The notes below the pieces were generated by a model that saw only the letters and a list, made by a program, of their open reading frames with translations, was not told the DNA's origin and ran no database searches. DNA of 64,000 bases, from sequence record PV390659.2. One strand, given 5' to 3'. This document shows, in pieces, positions 39,935-51,060 of the stretch (positions are counted from its first letter, which is position 1; each line of letters starts with the position of its first letter). This DNA comes from Escherichia phage vB_EcoM_P8. The translations under genes and the position numbers were made by a program.

Positions 39935-41913
39935 TGTGATATAGGCTCCAAATCGATAGTTAAGTATTGTGGACGTAAATCATTTTCAAATACAATCAGT
40001 GAACCATCGCGTGTGAAAATAACATCGTCTATTGGATCAGAATATAGCTCAATAGTCTGAACCTCAAATTTATCGGATGTTAAATTAATTTTAGCGATAT
40101 TCCAATAAATCATGTCAGCTGGATAATTTATTTCACCGATAACGTAGTATTTGTCGCGTCCATCGGAACTTGCTAATTTATTAAAATCATTGCCTGTATA
40201 TGGCTGAATGTTTTCATTTTCTGTAACATCGCCAGAAGCAAATGGACCAATAATAACTTTACCAATTCCTTTAGAATCTCGGTCTGTTGATACTATGCGA
40301 ACGTCATATAATACATCTTCTTCTAAACCAGTATCAGGATTTACAACCTTTCGTCCAGAATTAAATGAAAACGTATTAGATTCCATAGAACGATCTTTTA
40401 TTTGATTATTGTATTTAATACCTGCTTCAGGCGTTTTATAGAAGTTTTGTACTTCACGAACAATTTGAATTGTCGCTGATGAACCAATGATAGAATGATC
40501 TGCATCATCTACATATGTCAACATCTTAGATTTAGCGAAAGATGAGTTAAAAATTTCTACGTCTTCGGTATAATAACGATCAATTTTATCAATTATTTGA
40601 CCTTCGAGCCACTGTTCGGATTCTTGCAGCTTATTTAAAGCATATGTGACTTTTAAATTAGTCTTAATAAAAAGATAATTAGGAGAAATAATTGATGGCG
40701 TAATAGGAGCTAAATTATAGTCTTTGAGATAATTTTTAATATCTTCGCGCTGTACAGTAGTTAAATACAACCCTGATTTAGGTTTAGCCGCAATAAATGC
40801 ATAACCAGGTTTAGTAGAATCAGTGAAAGTCTGAACTGCTTGAATAATAGAACCAAATCTCTCTGAGACGAATGTATCATAGTCAGTTGCAGTTACGCAG
40901 CGTTGCTGGGTTTCGCGTTTAATAGTACCCAATTCGCGAATACGTTCAATATCTTCTGGATCGCCGCCGCCATCTGCCCCAACAAAATCTGGGTCATCGT
41001 TTGGATTTTCATTAATGTTGATGACAGTTATATTTGTTAATGTATCTGCATATGAAAATCCGACTGCGCCATTCGCATCTGCGCCGTTAGTACTGATGTA
41101 CTCAATAACAATCGTAGAGTTCTGAGTAGGTTTAAGACCCCCAATATAATTAGCAGTCAATGCTCCTTCTGCCGCATTAACAGAAATCTCACCTTCACCA
41201 AAATAAAACTCAGTATTTCCATCAATAGTTTCACGCATGTAGTAAATTGTTGATGTAGAACCAGCATGAACCATTGACTTTCTTGTCCAGTTAATCCATT
41301 CTGCTCCATCAACGTACAGTTTAACTTGGTTTCTATCTATATTTTTGTCATAAATGATAATAGGTGTTAATTTATCATAAATGATTTCAGTTCTTACTAT
41401 ACGTCCCTGGGCTAATTTTAAACGCGGAAAATACTGGTTATTTTTATCGCGAATAGCAATAACATCTTCGGTAGATACAAAGTTATAAGGATTAACTGAA
41501 GTATCTTTTGCATATGCTAAAAAGCGAGTACCACGAGGAATAGTAATGTAATTTCTATTCAATGCATCTGTACAAGTTAGCATAATTTCAGTTTGAGCAG
41601 CTGATTTTGAAGTAGGTAAATATCCATTATCTTGTGCCGCTTGAACTACTGAACTACGTAAGTTAGCAGTACGCATAAAACTTTCATACACGGCAGCATT
41701 ACCAAACTGCTGGATGTATAATGTATTATAAGCCAAAAGGTCGCACAGAACGTTTAATCTTGAGCCTTCAAAATCATAATCCAAAAATTCATTTTGGCCA
41801 TTAAGCCATTCAATGAGGTTTTGTTTTATTTCAGCAAATGTACCCCCGACGAATATCTCGGGAATAGCATTTGCTGTTCTTGTTAATTGATAATTTACAG
41901 GGGTATTTGCCAT
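39931..41913 (-). CDS. 6: baseplate wedge protein gp6
   Basis: 660 aa; synteny. Confidence 0.85.
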   Translation of the reverse strand: MANTPVNYQLTRTANAIPEIFVGGTFAEIKQNLIEWLNGQNEFLDYDFEGSRLNVLCDLLAYNTLYIQQFGNAAVYESFMRTANLRSSVVQAAQDNGYLPTSKSAAQTEIMLTCTDALNRNYITIPRGTRFLAYAKDTSVNPYNFVSTEDVIAIRDKNNQYFPRLKLAQGRIVRTEIIYDKLTPIIIYDKNIDRNQVKLYVDGAEWINWTRKSMVHAGSTSTIYYMRETIDGNTEFYFGEGEISVNAAEGALTANYIGGLKPTQNSTIVIEYISTNGADANGAVGFSYADTLTNITVININENPNDDPDFVGADGGGDPEDIERIRELGTIKRETQQRCVTATDYDTFVSERFGSIIQAVQTFTDSTKPGYAFIAAKPKSGLYLTTVQREDIKNYLKDYNLAPITPSIISPNYLFIKTNLKVTYALNKLQESEQWLEGQIIDKIDRYYTEDVEIFNSSFAKSKMLTYVDDADHSIIGSSATIQIVREVQNFYKTPEAGIKYNNQIKDRSMESNTFSFNSGRKVVNPDTGLEEDVLYDVRIVSTDRDSKGIGKVIIGPFASGDVTENENIQPYTGNDFNKLASSDGRDKYYVIGEINYPADMIYWNIAKINLTSDKFEVQTIELYSDPIDDVIFTRDGSLIVFENDLRPQYLTIDLEPISQ

Positions 41914-41921
41914 TTTAAATC

Positions 41922-42215
41922 CTATTTAATGAATACTTTAGATGATGCCTGAGCCACAGTATCACCGCATGATATTGGATCAGCCATTTGAACAGCTTTC
42001 TTTCCAGTGACATATACCTTAGAAGTTCTAGGTTGTGTCACTCCGCCATGTGTTTCATATGGCTTTTTAATTTCTGTATGTTCTGTAATTGGATCACCTG
42101 CTACGAGAACAGCAATTCCTCCAGTGAATACTTTACTTTGTGTAGCATTCACAACCGTTGGAGGCCATGCTTCATGGCCGGCAGTAACACACTTATCATA
42201 ACTTAATCCTGACAT
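41922..42215 (-). CDS. 5.4: PAAR-repeat spike-tip protein gp5.4
   Basis: 97 aa; PAAR-like; sits between genes 5 and 6. Confidence 0.7.
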
Positions 42216-42773
42216 TTATGGCCTCTCATACACGTAGCTTCTCAATTTATTAGCCCAACGACTCCAATTTCCAACTATAGTTTTTGTATAATTTTTAACA
42301 AGAGTTTTTCTTATTGGAGCTGGAGGATTCGTTGGTTCAGTAGTATCAGAAGATGACCTAGAATTACTGCCAGAACCTCCAGATTCACCTTGTTCTTGAT
42401 AGTCATATATTAATGTTACTTCGTAAGTGAATGTCTTCTGGAGGTTTTGAGGAGCTTTCCATAGATATAACTGAGTATTAGAATCAGTTGGAAGGTCTTC
42501 CCATGAAGCAGCAGTTTTAAATTCATTATCTAAACGATATTTCAACACATCATTTCCAAATCCAAACACAGATTCATACGTTCCATATAAACGATTTTCT
42601 TCTACTAAAACCCCAGGAGTTTCTTCGTAACTAGTTATATTTATAGATACTAACGTTTCACCTGTTTCTAATTGAGCGGTAAAGGTGACGTCGATAGAAG
42701 AACCTTCCATGGATTCTCCTAAATCAGCGCTCATTGGAAGTATATTAGCCAATGTCAATCCTCGATCCATCAA
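42216..42773 (-). CDS. 5.1: hypothetical protein gp5.1-like
   Basis: 185 aa ORF between gene 5 and 5.4. Confidence 0.55.
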
Positions 42774-44472
42774 TTGTGTATTGACCAGATGAAATAGAAC
42801 TCATAGATGCCATTTTTTCTGTCCAATCACCACCAACGTCCCAATCAACTGTCCCAGCAACTTTCCAAGAAAGATTTCCATTTACTGTATTAGTCTGATT
42901 TCCTTCAACTAAAGTGGTAGCATCCCCTTTAACTGTAATGTCAGCATTACCTTCAACTACAATAGTAACATTACCTTTGACTAGGATAGTTCCATTACCT
43001 TCAACCGTCTTAGTTTCATCGCCACGCACAAATATTGTATTGCTTCCATCTATTTGGTGGAGACGATTATCCATGTTGTAGTAAATTTCTGATCCACCGA
43101 CGTTAGTCTTTTTATCGCCGGCTACCAAAAAATTACCATCAGCATTTGTTATATCATACAAATTATCAACAGTTTTTCTCGTTCTTCTTCCTGATGGTGA
43201 TACTTCCTCGTACGTTCCAGTTGGATGAACTAATCTGTATCGTTCTTGCCCCGGAGTATCATCAAATTCCTGAATATGACCGCTTTCAGTTTCCATTGTA
43301 TGAACATACGGATACTCACCTTTATATGAAGAAACAGGTTCTTTGAATAAAATTCTCGAATCATTCGGAATAGGAGGGTCAGCCGGGTCAGAAGACTTTG
43401 CTACAGTAGCAGCCATTGCTGACAAAGACCTAGCTGGTGTTTTAACTTCAATACCGTATGATTCCAAATTCCCGGTAAGAATAATCATGGTAACACGGGA
43501 TGCACGGCCTTTTGTTTGTTGATACCATAATGAATCACGCCCGGCTTTATATGCTTTTTCCCAATCTCCGGCTAACATAGCAGTTAACATTGTGTTAAAT
43601 TTAGCTACGCCGCCAACACCCATCTGAAATGCCATATTTTCTAACGCCATTTGACGAGAACGATTAACTGCTTTCCAAACTGGGCCAACTTTAGAATGCG
43701 ATTTAATGTCACGTTGCATATCAGCCAAATCGCGTTCAAATAAAGTTACCGCTTCTTCCATTGTAATAGAACCTGGATTTCCGGTAATTTCACGACCAAC
43801 TTGTTTTGATAAAACTTTATTAATTTGGGTCATATCACGAACTGGCTGCTTCATGATAAGATGACCAATACCAATTGTCGGATATCCTTCGGTATCCCAA
43901 TAAACTTTTAGTCTTAATCCTTCATCACGGCGAAGCATTTCAGCCATTGACATATTTGGATTATCATCAGTTGGAATCTCTGATAGCGGTCTATCATCGG
44001 GATTTATCGCAGTGTCTAAATTACTGTCTTGGATAACGTTAGAAGACGAATCATATCCTACTTCTCCTCCTTGGTTTAATACGTTAGTATCATTTCCTAG
44101 ACGTCTAGGATACTGTCCAGTTGGGTCAGAAAATCCTTCAAGTCTATTAGGTTTTTCGCGAACTATTCCACCATATGTGCCAAGGACAATTCCGTTAGTT
44201 TTCCATTTGTCTAAAAAATGACCATATACTCTAGTTCCTTCTACCGGACCAGTAACGGAGCCTCCAATTCCAGACATTGCTGCTGAAGTTATCGGTTGAA
44301 TAACTGACATCCATGGCAACTTATCAGTTGGAATACCCATTACATCACCTTGTGCTCTTTGAGGTGGATGCAGACCAACCACACGAACACGAACACGACC
44401 TAATTTTAATGGGTCCATTCTATCTTCAACAACACCAACAAACCAATTAAGGTTATTACTTATCATTTCCAT
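42745..44472 (-). CDS. 5: baseplate central spike with lysozyme domain gp5
   Basis: 575 aa; lysozyme motif GLRLKVYWDTEGYPTIGIGHLI; C-terminal beta-helix repeats. Confidence 0.9.
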   Translation of the reverse strand: MEMISNNLNWFVGVVEDRMDPLKLGRVRVRVVGLHPPQRAQGDVMGIPTDKLPWMSVIQPITSAAMSGIGGSVTGPVEGTRVYGHFLDKWKTNGIVLGTYGGIVREKPNRLEGFSDPTGQYPRRLGNDTNVLNQGGEVGYDSSSNVIQDSNLDTAINPDDRPLSEIPTDDNPNMSMAEMLRRDEGLRLKVYWDTEGYPTIGIGHLIMKQPVRDMTQINKVLSKQVGREITGNPGSITMEEAVTLFERDLADMQRDIKSHSKVGPVWKAVNRSRQMALENMAFQMGVGGVAKFNTMLTAMLAGDWEKAYKAGRDSLWYQQTKGRASRVTMIILTGNLESYGIEVKTPARSLSAMAATVAKSSDPADPPIPNDSRILFKEPVSSYKGEYPYVHTMETESGHIQEFDDTPGQERYRLVHPTGTYEEVSPSGRRTRKTVDNLYDITNADGNFLVAGDKKTNVGGSEIYYNMDNRLHQIDGSNTIFVRGDETKTVEGNGTILVKGNVTIVVEGNADITVKGDATTLVEGNQTNTVNGNLSWKVAGTVDWDVGGDWTEKMASMSSISSGQYTIDGSRIDIG

Positions 44473-45046
44473 AAGATTTCTCCATTATACGTATAAGGTC
44501 GTTCATAAATGAATTGATGTCTGATTTTGCTATTATTTTTATTTGACGAAGTTTTTCATTTTCAAGAACAGCAGCTTCATACGTATCGACCGCAGCAAGT
44601 GCTCCTTCATATTGAGGATATTTTCTAGCTTTATCGCCTTTATCATACCAAACATATGGATTATCATCGTATGATATTAAATTATAAAATTTTTCACCGT
44701 TCTCATTAACATGATATACTATTTGGTCTCCACCTACATTTTTGTATTTTTGTATAGATGCTTGATAAGCAGCTTCTTGCGAAGTAATCCATCCATAATA
44801 CGGATCATAATTATCATTACACATCAATAAAACCCAATACAGCTGTGGATTTCCATATATAGCATTTGCTAATTCTTCCGGGCGTGGTGAACCTTTAATA
44901 TAATAAGTACGTAAGCGGTATCCAGCAAGAGCGCGTTTGAAATAGTCTTTATAGTTTCTAAAAATATCTGTCATAGGAATAGTCGGCGCGTTTTTATTCA
45001 CCGTTTTGGCCGCATATTCAATCGGATCAAAAAATGTAAAGAGCAT
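44456..45046 (-). CDS. 53: baseplate wedge protein gp53
   Basis: 196 aa; synteny. Confidence 0.8.
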   Translation of the reverse strand: MLFTFFDPIEYAAKTVNKNAPTIPMTDIFRNYKDYFKRALAGYRLRTYYIKGSPRPEELANAIYGNPQLYWVLLMCNDNYDPYYGWITSQEAAYQASIQKYKNVGGDQIVYHVNENGEKFYNLISYDDNPYVWYDKGDKARKYPQYEGALAAVDTYEAAVLENEKLRQIKIIAKSDINSFMNDLIRIMEKSYGNDK

Positions 45047-45059
45047 GGGCCCTCCTGTT

Positions 45060-45082
45060 TATAAATATATTATCTATTTATA
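45060..45082. promoter_or_regulatory. divergent late promoters for gene 4 (plus) and gene 53 (minus)
   Basis: TATAAATA at 45060..45067 on plus; plus-strand tatttata at 45075..45082. Confidence 0.55.
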
Positions 45083-45093
45083 AGGAGAATCCA

Positions 45094-45546
45094 ATGGCAT
45101 ATTCTGGAAAATGGGTTCCTAAAAATATATCAAAATATAGAGGTGACCCTAAAAAAATTACGTATAGATCAAATTGGGAAAAATTCTTTTTTGAATGGTT
45201 AGATAAAAATCCAGAAATTATTGCATGGGGTAGTGAAACAGCAGTAATTCCTTATTTTTGTAATGCAGAAGGGAAAAAACGTAGATACTTCATGGATATT
45301 TGGATGAAAGATTCTTCTGGACAAGAATTTTTTATTGAAATAAAGCCTAAAAAAGAAACACAACCACCAGTTAAACCAGCACATCTAACAACCGCAGCGA
45401 AGAAAAGATTTATGAATGAAATTTATACATATTCCGTTAATACTGACAAATGGAAAGCAGCGCAATCTTTAGCTGAAAAGCGCGGAATAAAATTTAGAAT
45501 TCTAACAGAAGATGGATTACGAGCTCTTGGCTTTAAGGGGGCATAA
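45094..45546 (+). CDS. 4: head completion protein gp4
   Basis: 150 aa; synteny. Confidence 0.8.
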   Translation: MAYSGKWVPKNISKYRGDPKKITYRSNWEKFFFEWLDKNPEIIAWGSETAVIPYFCNAEGKKRRYFMDIWMKDSSGQEFFIEIKPKKETQPPVKPAHLTTAAKKRFMNEIYTYSVNTDKWKAAQSLAEKRGIKFRILTEDGLRALGFKGA

Positions 45547-46370
45547 TGGCTATTTTTCAAATAATTAATGAAAGCACTCCCCAAATTCCAAAGGTTAAGC
45601 AATCATTAAACGAAAAGAAATGGATTCAGATAGGTCTTGAATACAAAAAGGCCAAAGCAAAAGGAATGACAGGAAAGCAATTTGCTGAAGAAAGAGGAAT
45701 CAAATACTCTACGTTTACTTCGGCAATGTCAAAATATGCTTCAGGAATTAAAACGGCTGAAAAGATTCAAAAGCTTGAATCAAAACCAATGAATAAACTC
45801 AATAAGCAAGAAAGACAACTGCTTATGATAAATTCATTCAGGCAAACATTGCGTGATAAAATTCGCAATGAAGGTGCAGCAATTAATAATAAAACCAGAA
45901 AGTGGTTTGCTGAAACTATTAAACAGGTAAAAGGACATAAAGTTGTTCGCCCGCAGCCGGGACGAATATATGCTTTTGCTTATGATGCTAAACACAAGGA
46001 AACTCTTCCTTATTGGGATAAATTTCCTTTGATAATTTACCTTGGTTTAGGTAAACATAATTTAATGTATGGATTGAACTTGCACTATATTCCACCTAAA
46101 GCTCGTCAACAGTTTCTAGAAGAGCTTTTAAAGCAATATTCAAATACACCTACTATTACTAATAAAACGAAATTAAAAATTGATTGGAGTCAAGTGAAAG
46201 GATTTAGGGGTGCAGACCAAATGATTAAGGCATATATACCTGGTAATATTATGGGTAGCCTTGTTGAAATCGCCCCGAAAGACTGGGCGAACGTTGTGTT
46301 AATGCCACTTCAGCAGTTCGTTTCAAAAGGAAAACGTTTCTCTGCAAACAAAGTCTGGTCAAATATCTAA
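45546..46370 (+). CDS. 2: DNA end protector gp2
   Basis: 274 aa; synteny. Confidence 0.8.
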   Translation: MAIFQIINESTPQIPKVKQSLNEKKWIQIGLEYKKAKAKGMTGKQFAEERGIKYSTFTSAMSKYASGIKTAEKIQKLESKPMNKLNKQERQLLMINSFRQTLRDKIRNEGAAINNKTRKWFAETIKQVKGHKVVRPQPGRIYAFAYDAKHKETLPYWDKFPLIIYLGLGKHNLMYGLNLHYIPPKARQQFLEELLKQYSNTPTITNKTKLKIDWSQVKGFRGADQMIKAYIPGNIMGSLVEIAPKDWANVVLMPLQQFVSKGKRFSANKVWSNI

Positions 46371-46476
46371 TTCTATTATCTTCCATTCTTTTCTATTGTT
46401 TGTTCTAATTGGAATTGAATGGAAGGGACTTAGACCCATTATACCACCAACATTTATAAAGCATTATGAGGAATAT

Positions 46477-47007
46477 ATGTCGCAAGCTCTGCAACAAATT
46501 TTTAACCAAGCAAATACAACTAACTTTGTAGTATCAATACCGCATAGTAATACTACATCTGCTTTTACTTTAAATGCTCAGTCAGTTCCTATTCCGGGAA
46601 TTAGGATACCTGTTACTGATACCGTGACTGGGCCGTTTGGACTAGGCCGAGCACAGCGTCCAGGAGTTACATTTGAGTACGATCCACTCATCGTGAGATT
46701 TATAGTTGATGAAGAACTTAAGTCGTGGATAGGAATGTATGAATGGATGCTAGGAACTAGTAACTATCTTACAGGCGAAAATACTGCCCAAAAAACAGGT
46801 CCTGAATACATTACGCTTTACATTTTAGATAATAGTAAAACTGAAATCGTGATGTCAATAAACTTTTATAAGCCTTGGGTTTCTGACCTGTCTGAAGTAG
46901 AATTTAGTTACACGGAAGATTCAGACCCGGCTTTAGTATGTACAGCAACGATTCCTTATACGTATTTTCAAGTAGAAAAAGATGGTAAAATTATAGCAGA
47001 AGTTTAA
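46477..47007 (+). CDS. 3: tail completion / sheath stabiliser gp3
   Basis: start moved to ATG 46477 (MSQALQQ..., 176 aa as in T4). Confidence 0.75.
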   Translation: MSQALQQIFNQANTTNFVVSIPHSNTTSAFTLNAQSVPIPGIRIPVTDTVTGPFGLGRAQRPGVTFEYDPLIVRFIVDEELKSWIGMYEWMLGTSNYLTGENTAQKTGPEYITLYILDNSKTEIVMSINFYKPWVSDLSEVEFSYTEDSDPALVCTATIPYTYFQVEKDGKIIAEV

Positions 47008-47031
47008 TGCTTCAGTTTCATGTGTTATAAT
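47006..47031 (+). promoter_or_regulatory. MotA-type middle promoter upstream of gene 1
   Basis: aaTGCTTcA at 47006..47014, 11-nt gap, TATAAT at 47026..47031. Confidence 0.5.
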
Positions 47032-47056
47032 CTTAACTAAATTTGAGGAGAAACAT

Positions 47057-47781
47057 ATGAAACTAATCTTTTTGAGTGGTGTAAAGCGTAGTGGAAAAGA
47101 TACTACTGCAGATTTTATCATGAATAATTATTCTGCAGTTAAATATCAACTTGCTGGTCCTATTAAAGATGCATTGGCTTATGCATGGGGCGTATTCGCA
47201 GCAAACACTGACTATCCTTGCTTAACTCGTAAAGAGTTTGAAGGAATTGACTATGATCGTGAGACTAATTTAAATCTGGCTAAATTAGAAGTAATTACGA
47301 TTATGGAACAAGCATTTTGCTATCTTAATAGTAAAAGCCCAATTAAAGGCGTGTTTGTTTTTGATGACGAAGGAAAAGAATCAGTTAATTCCGTAGCATT
47401 TAACAAGATTATTGACGTTATAAATAATATTGAAGACCAATGGTCAGTCCGTCGTCTGATGCAAGCCCTAGGTACGGATTTGATTGTTAATAACTTCGAC
47501 CGCATGTATTGGGTAAAATTATTTGCTTTAGATTATCTTGATAAATTTAACTCAGGTTATGATTATTATATCGTTCCTGATACTCGTCAAGACCATGAAA
47601 TGGATGCGGCTAGGGCGATGGGTGCTACAGTAATTCATGTAGTTCGTCCTGGTCAAAAATCCAATGATACTCATATTACAGAAGCTGGATTGCCAATTCG
47701 TGATGGCGATTTAGTAATTACAAACGATGGTTCTCTTGAAGAACTTTTTTCTAAAATTAAAAATACACTAAAGGTACTATA

Positions 47782-47782
<1 letters not shown>
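47057..47782 (+). CDS. 1: deoxynucleoside monophosphate kinase gp1
   Basis: 241 aa; P-loop GVKRSGKDT. Confidence 0.85.
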
Positions 47783-48479
<697 letters not shown>

Positions 48480-48487
48480 TTTCACAA

Positions 48488-48524
48488 AGTTGTTTACATA
48501 CTGATGAGGTAGTGATACTATTAT
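48488..48524 (+). promoter_or_regulatory. T4 early-type promoter upstream of ipI
   Basis: GTTTACA -35-like at 48492..48498 and gTGATACTAT extended -10-like element. Confidence 0.5.
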
Positions 48525-48551
48525 CTCATCAAAATTAATTAGGAAAATAAA

Positions 48552-48839
48552 ATGAAAACATTTAAAGAATTTACTTCTACAACTACCCCGGTTTCTACTA
48601 TTACTGAAGCTACTCTTACTTCTGAAGTTATTAAAGCAAATAAAGGACGAGAAGGTAAACCAATGATTAGTTTGGTTGATGGCGAAGAAATCAAAGGTAC
48701 TGTTTACCTAGGTGATGGGTGGTCTGCTAAAAAGGATGGTGCTACAATCGTTATCTCTCCTGCTGAAGAAACTGCGTTGTTTAAAGCTAAACACATTTCT
48801 GCGGCACATCTCAAGATTATTGCTAAAAATCTTTTGTAA
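48552..48839 (+). CDS. ipI: internal protein I precursor
   Basis: 95 aa; mature part ATLTSEVIKANKGREGKPMISLVDGEEIKG... matches T4 IPI*; 19-aa leader ending ITE. Confidence 0.85.
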   Translation: MKTFKEFTSTTTPVSTITEATLTSEVIKANKGREGKPMISLVDGEEIKGTVYLGDGWSAKKDGATIVISPAEETALFKAKHISAAHLKIIAKNLL

Positions 48840-48853
48840 TAAATATTTCACAA

Positions 48854-48890
48854 AGTTGTTTACATAGGGTTTTAGTTGTGATACTATTAC
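48854..48890 (+). promoter_or_regulatory. second copy of the early-type promoter module
   Basis: tttcacaaagttgtttacata ... gtgatactatta, nearly identical to the module upstream of ipI. Confidence 0.5.
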
Positions 48891-48915
48891 CCTATCAACT
48901 ACTGAGGAGAATAAA

Positions 48916-49101
48916 ATGAAACGTTGTGAATTAATTCGAAATGTTGCTATTGCAATTTCTGCTTCTGCTTTTAGTTTTTCAATGTTTGTTGGATTTATAT
49001 GTGGATTATTAACTACAGCAGAAAATGTGTTTTCACTTGTAGTAGCATTTTTAATTGGTTTAATCGCTATTGTTATGGATAAAATTTCTAAAGGTGAATA
49101 G
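48916..49101 (+). CDS. small membrane protein, 61 aa, two predicted TM helices
   Basis: hydrophobic ORF with a ribosome-binding site. Confidence 0.5.
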   Translation: MKRCELIRNVAIAISASAFSFSMFVGFICGLLTTAENVFSLVVAFLIGLIAIVMDKISKGE

Positions 49102-49102
49102 A

Positions 49103-49486
49103 ATGTATAAAGTGTACGCGGATTATCAGGCTAATCCATCTGAAAAGCCAGGTTGTCAAATTGGATGGGCTCATGATACTTTGCTTGAAGCAGTAGATGC
49201 TGCTCAAAAATTAGGATATAAATATGTAGAGATTGTTCAACTACCATCAGGAAAAGTTATTACTCTTGAAGAGTTCAATAATATTAAACCAAACTTTTTA
49301 CTTTTTGCAGGTGATAATTATTATCCTCGTGGTGGATATGCTGATTTAATCGCGAAAGCCGCTACCGAAGATGAACTTCGTGATATTATTAAAGAAAATG
49401 AAAATAAACCGATGTATGGTTCTAATCGTTTTGACTGGTGGCAAATTGTAAATGCCCATACTCATACTATTGTTGATGAAGGCTGA
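49103..49486 (+). CDS. hypothetical protein, 127 aa
   Basis: start moved to ATG 49103. Confidence 0.5.
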   Translation: MYKVYADYQANPSEKPGCQIGWAHDTLLEAVDAAQKLGYKYVEIVQLPSGKVITLEEFNNIKPNFLLFAGDNYYPRGGYADLIAKAATEDELRDIIKENENKPMYGSNRFDWWQIVNAHTHTIVDEG

Positions 49487-49488
49487 TA

Positions 49489-49779
49489 ATGATTCTTTAT
49501 GCGAAAGTATCATCCATTGAAAATGGATATAAATATGATCAAGACGCGGCTAAAGCCTTGATTGATGATTATGGCATTTTAACATGTTTTGAAGTTGAAA
49601 AGGTTTACATTGACCGTTCATCTTCTCAAGTTAAATTAGTGAAGGAAGACCGTAAATTTAATACAGTAAATTTTGATTTCTTTATTGAAACAGAAAAAGG
49701 TCCTCTTGAATATGATATTTTCAAGAATCCTTTGGGTCTTGAATGTATTAAATATACTTACATTAATGCAGCGTGGTGA
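49489..49779 (+). CDS. hypothetical protein, 96 aa
   Basis: ORF. Confidence 0.5.
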   Translation: MILYAKVSSIENGYKYDQDAAKALIDDYGILTCFEVEKVYIDRSSSQVKLVKEDRKFNTVNFDFFIETEKGPLEYDIFKNPLGLECIKYTYINAAW

Positions 49780-49781
49780 AA

Positions 49782-50297
49782 ATGAATATTTGTTTGGGTA
49801 CTACAATTCCGCAGGGTTACGTAATTGATGTCACTACCTGGGAAAATGATGGTGACAACTATAAAACCAAAACACTGTTTGGCGTAGAAGAGCATGAAAT
49901 CTTACAATTCCAATATCTTTTAAAGAAGTTTAAAAGCCGACATTCTAGTACTAAAATTGAGCACTATTGTGGTAATGCTTCGTTCAGTGAGCAATCGCTT
50001 TTTATCTATGAATACTTGGTTGAAGGACTGTTCTCAGACCAACTTTATCCAGAATTCATTAAAAAGGTCTTTGATATAGAAGTTGACCTTGGTAATAAAT
50101 CTGAAGAAGATGAAGAACGTGTATTTGACTTATTCTTTGTGAATGGTAATAAAGTGCTTGAAGGACTTATTAATATTTTAGGTAATGCTTCTGAGTATTA
50201 TGATTATGATTTTTTGCGTGTAGTTGAGAGTGTTAAATACTCTTATATAGAAGAAGAAATTGTTTTGCCGACCGTTAAAATGTTTAATTTGCTTTAA
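49782..50297 (+). CDS. hypothetical protein, 171 aa
   Basis: start moved to ATG 49782. Confidence 0.5.
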   Translation: MNICLGTTIPQGYVIDVTTWENDGDNYKTKTLFGVEEHEILQFQYLLKKFKSRHSSTKIEHYCGNASFSEQSLFIYEYLVEGLFSDQLYPEFIKKVFDIEVDLGNKSEEDEERVFDLFFVNGNKVLEGLINILGNASEYYDYDFLRVVESVKYSYIEEEIVLPTVKMFNLL

Positions 50298-50383
50298 GAA
50301 TTATTTGTTATTATTAACTTATATCGCATTGATTAATACCCTCTATCATCAAGGGTTCTTTCCTGAGAGCCTTTGTTAATAAT

Positions 50384-50456
50384 TGGGAATTAGCCAAGTT
50401 GGTAAGGCACTGGATTTTGATTCCAGGATGCAAAGGTTCGAGTCCTTTATTCCCAG
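50384..50456 (+). tRNA. tRNA-Gln (anticodon UUG)
   Basis: cloverleaf; acceptor TGGGAAT/ATTCCCA; anticodon loop ttTTGat. Confidence 0.85.
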
Positions 50457-50457
50457 C

Positions 50458-50544
50458 GCGAGAATGGTCAAATTGGTAAAGGCACAGCACTTAAAATGCT
50501 GCGGAATGATTTCCTTGTGGGTTCGAGTCCCACTTCTCGCACCA
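50458..50544 (+). tRNA. tRNA-Leu (anticodon UAA), type II
   Basis: acceptor GCGAGAA/TTCTCGC; long variable arm; CCA encoded. Confidence 0.85.
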
Positions 50545-50549
50545 AATTT

Positions 50550-50623
<74 letters not shown>

Positions 50624-50633
50624 ATTTAATTTA

Positions 50634-50707
50634 CTCCGTGTAGCTCAGTTTGGTAGAGCGCCTGATTTGGGATCAGGAGGTCCAAGGTTCAAATCCTTGT
50701 ATGGAGA
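50634..50707 (+). tRNA. tRNA-Pro (anticodon UGG)
   Basis: D-arm GCTCAGTTTGGTAGAGC; anticodon TGG; two G-U pairs in the acceptor stem; CCA not encoded. Confidence 0.8.
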
Positions 50708-50709
50708 CT

Positions 50710-50799
50710 GGAGGCGTGGCAGAGTGGTTTAATGCACCGGTCTTGAAAACCGGCAGTCGCTCCGGCGACTCATAGGTTCAAATCCTATCGCCTCCGCCA
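50710..50799 (+). tRNA. tRNA-Ser (anticodon UGA), type II
   Basis: acceptor GGAGGCG/CGCCTCC; long variable hairpin. Confidence 0.85.
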
Positions 50800-50804
50800 G
50801 TTTT

Positions 50805-50880
50805 GCTGATTTAGCTCAGTAGGTAGAGCAACTCACTTGTAATGAGAAGGTCGGCGGTTCGATTCCGTCAATCAGCACCA
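50805..50880 (+). tRNA. tRNA-Thr (anticodon UGU)
   Basis: acceptor GCTGATT/AATCAGC; anticodon loop ctTGTaa. Confidence 0.85.
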
Positions 50881-50881
50881 A

Positions 50882-50956
50882 GGCCCTGTAGCTGGAAGGT
50901 TCAAGCAAGCGACTCATAATCGTCAGATGGTGGTTCAATTCCACCCAGGGCCACCA
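50882..50956 (+). tRNA. tRNA-Ile (anticodon CAU, presumably modified)
   Basis: acceptor GGCCCTG/CAGGGCC; anticodon CAT; position after Thr as in the T4 Thr-Ile pair. Confidence 0.75.
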
Positions 50957-50969
50957 AATTAAGAATTAA

Positions 50970-51056
50970 GGGGAGTTATCCCGTAGAGGTAGCGGTGTGG
51001 ACTGTAAATCCATTGTCATTGCGACTCGGGTGGTTCGACTCCATCACTCCCCACCA
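50970..51056 (+). tRNA. tRNA-Tyr-like (anticodon GUA), type II, with an irregular D-arm
   Basis: acceptor GGGGAGT/ACTCCCC; anticodon loop CTGTAAA and variable arm resemble bacterial tRNA-Tyr; the D-arm only folds with a 4-nt linker. Confidence 0.45.
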
Positions 51057-51060
51057 ATTT

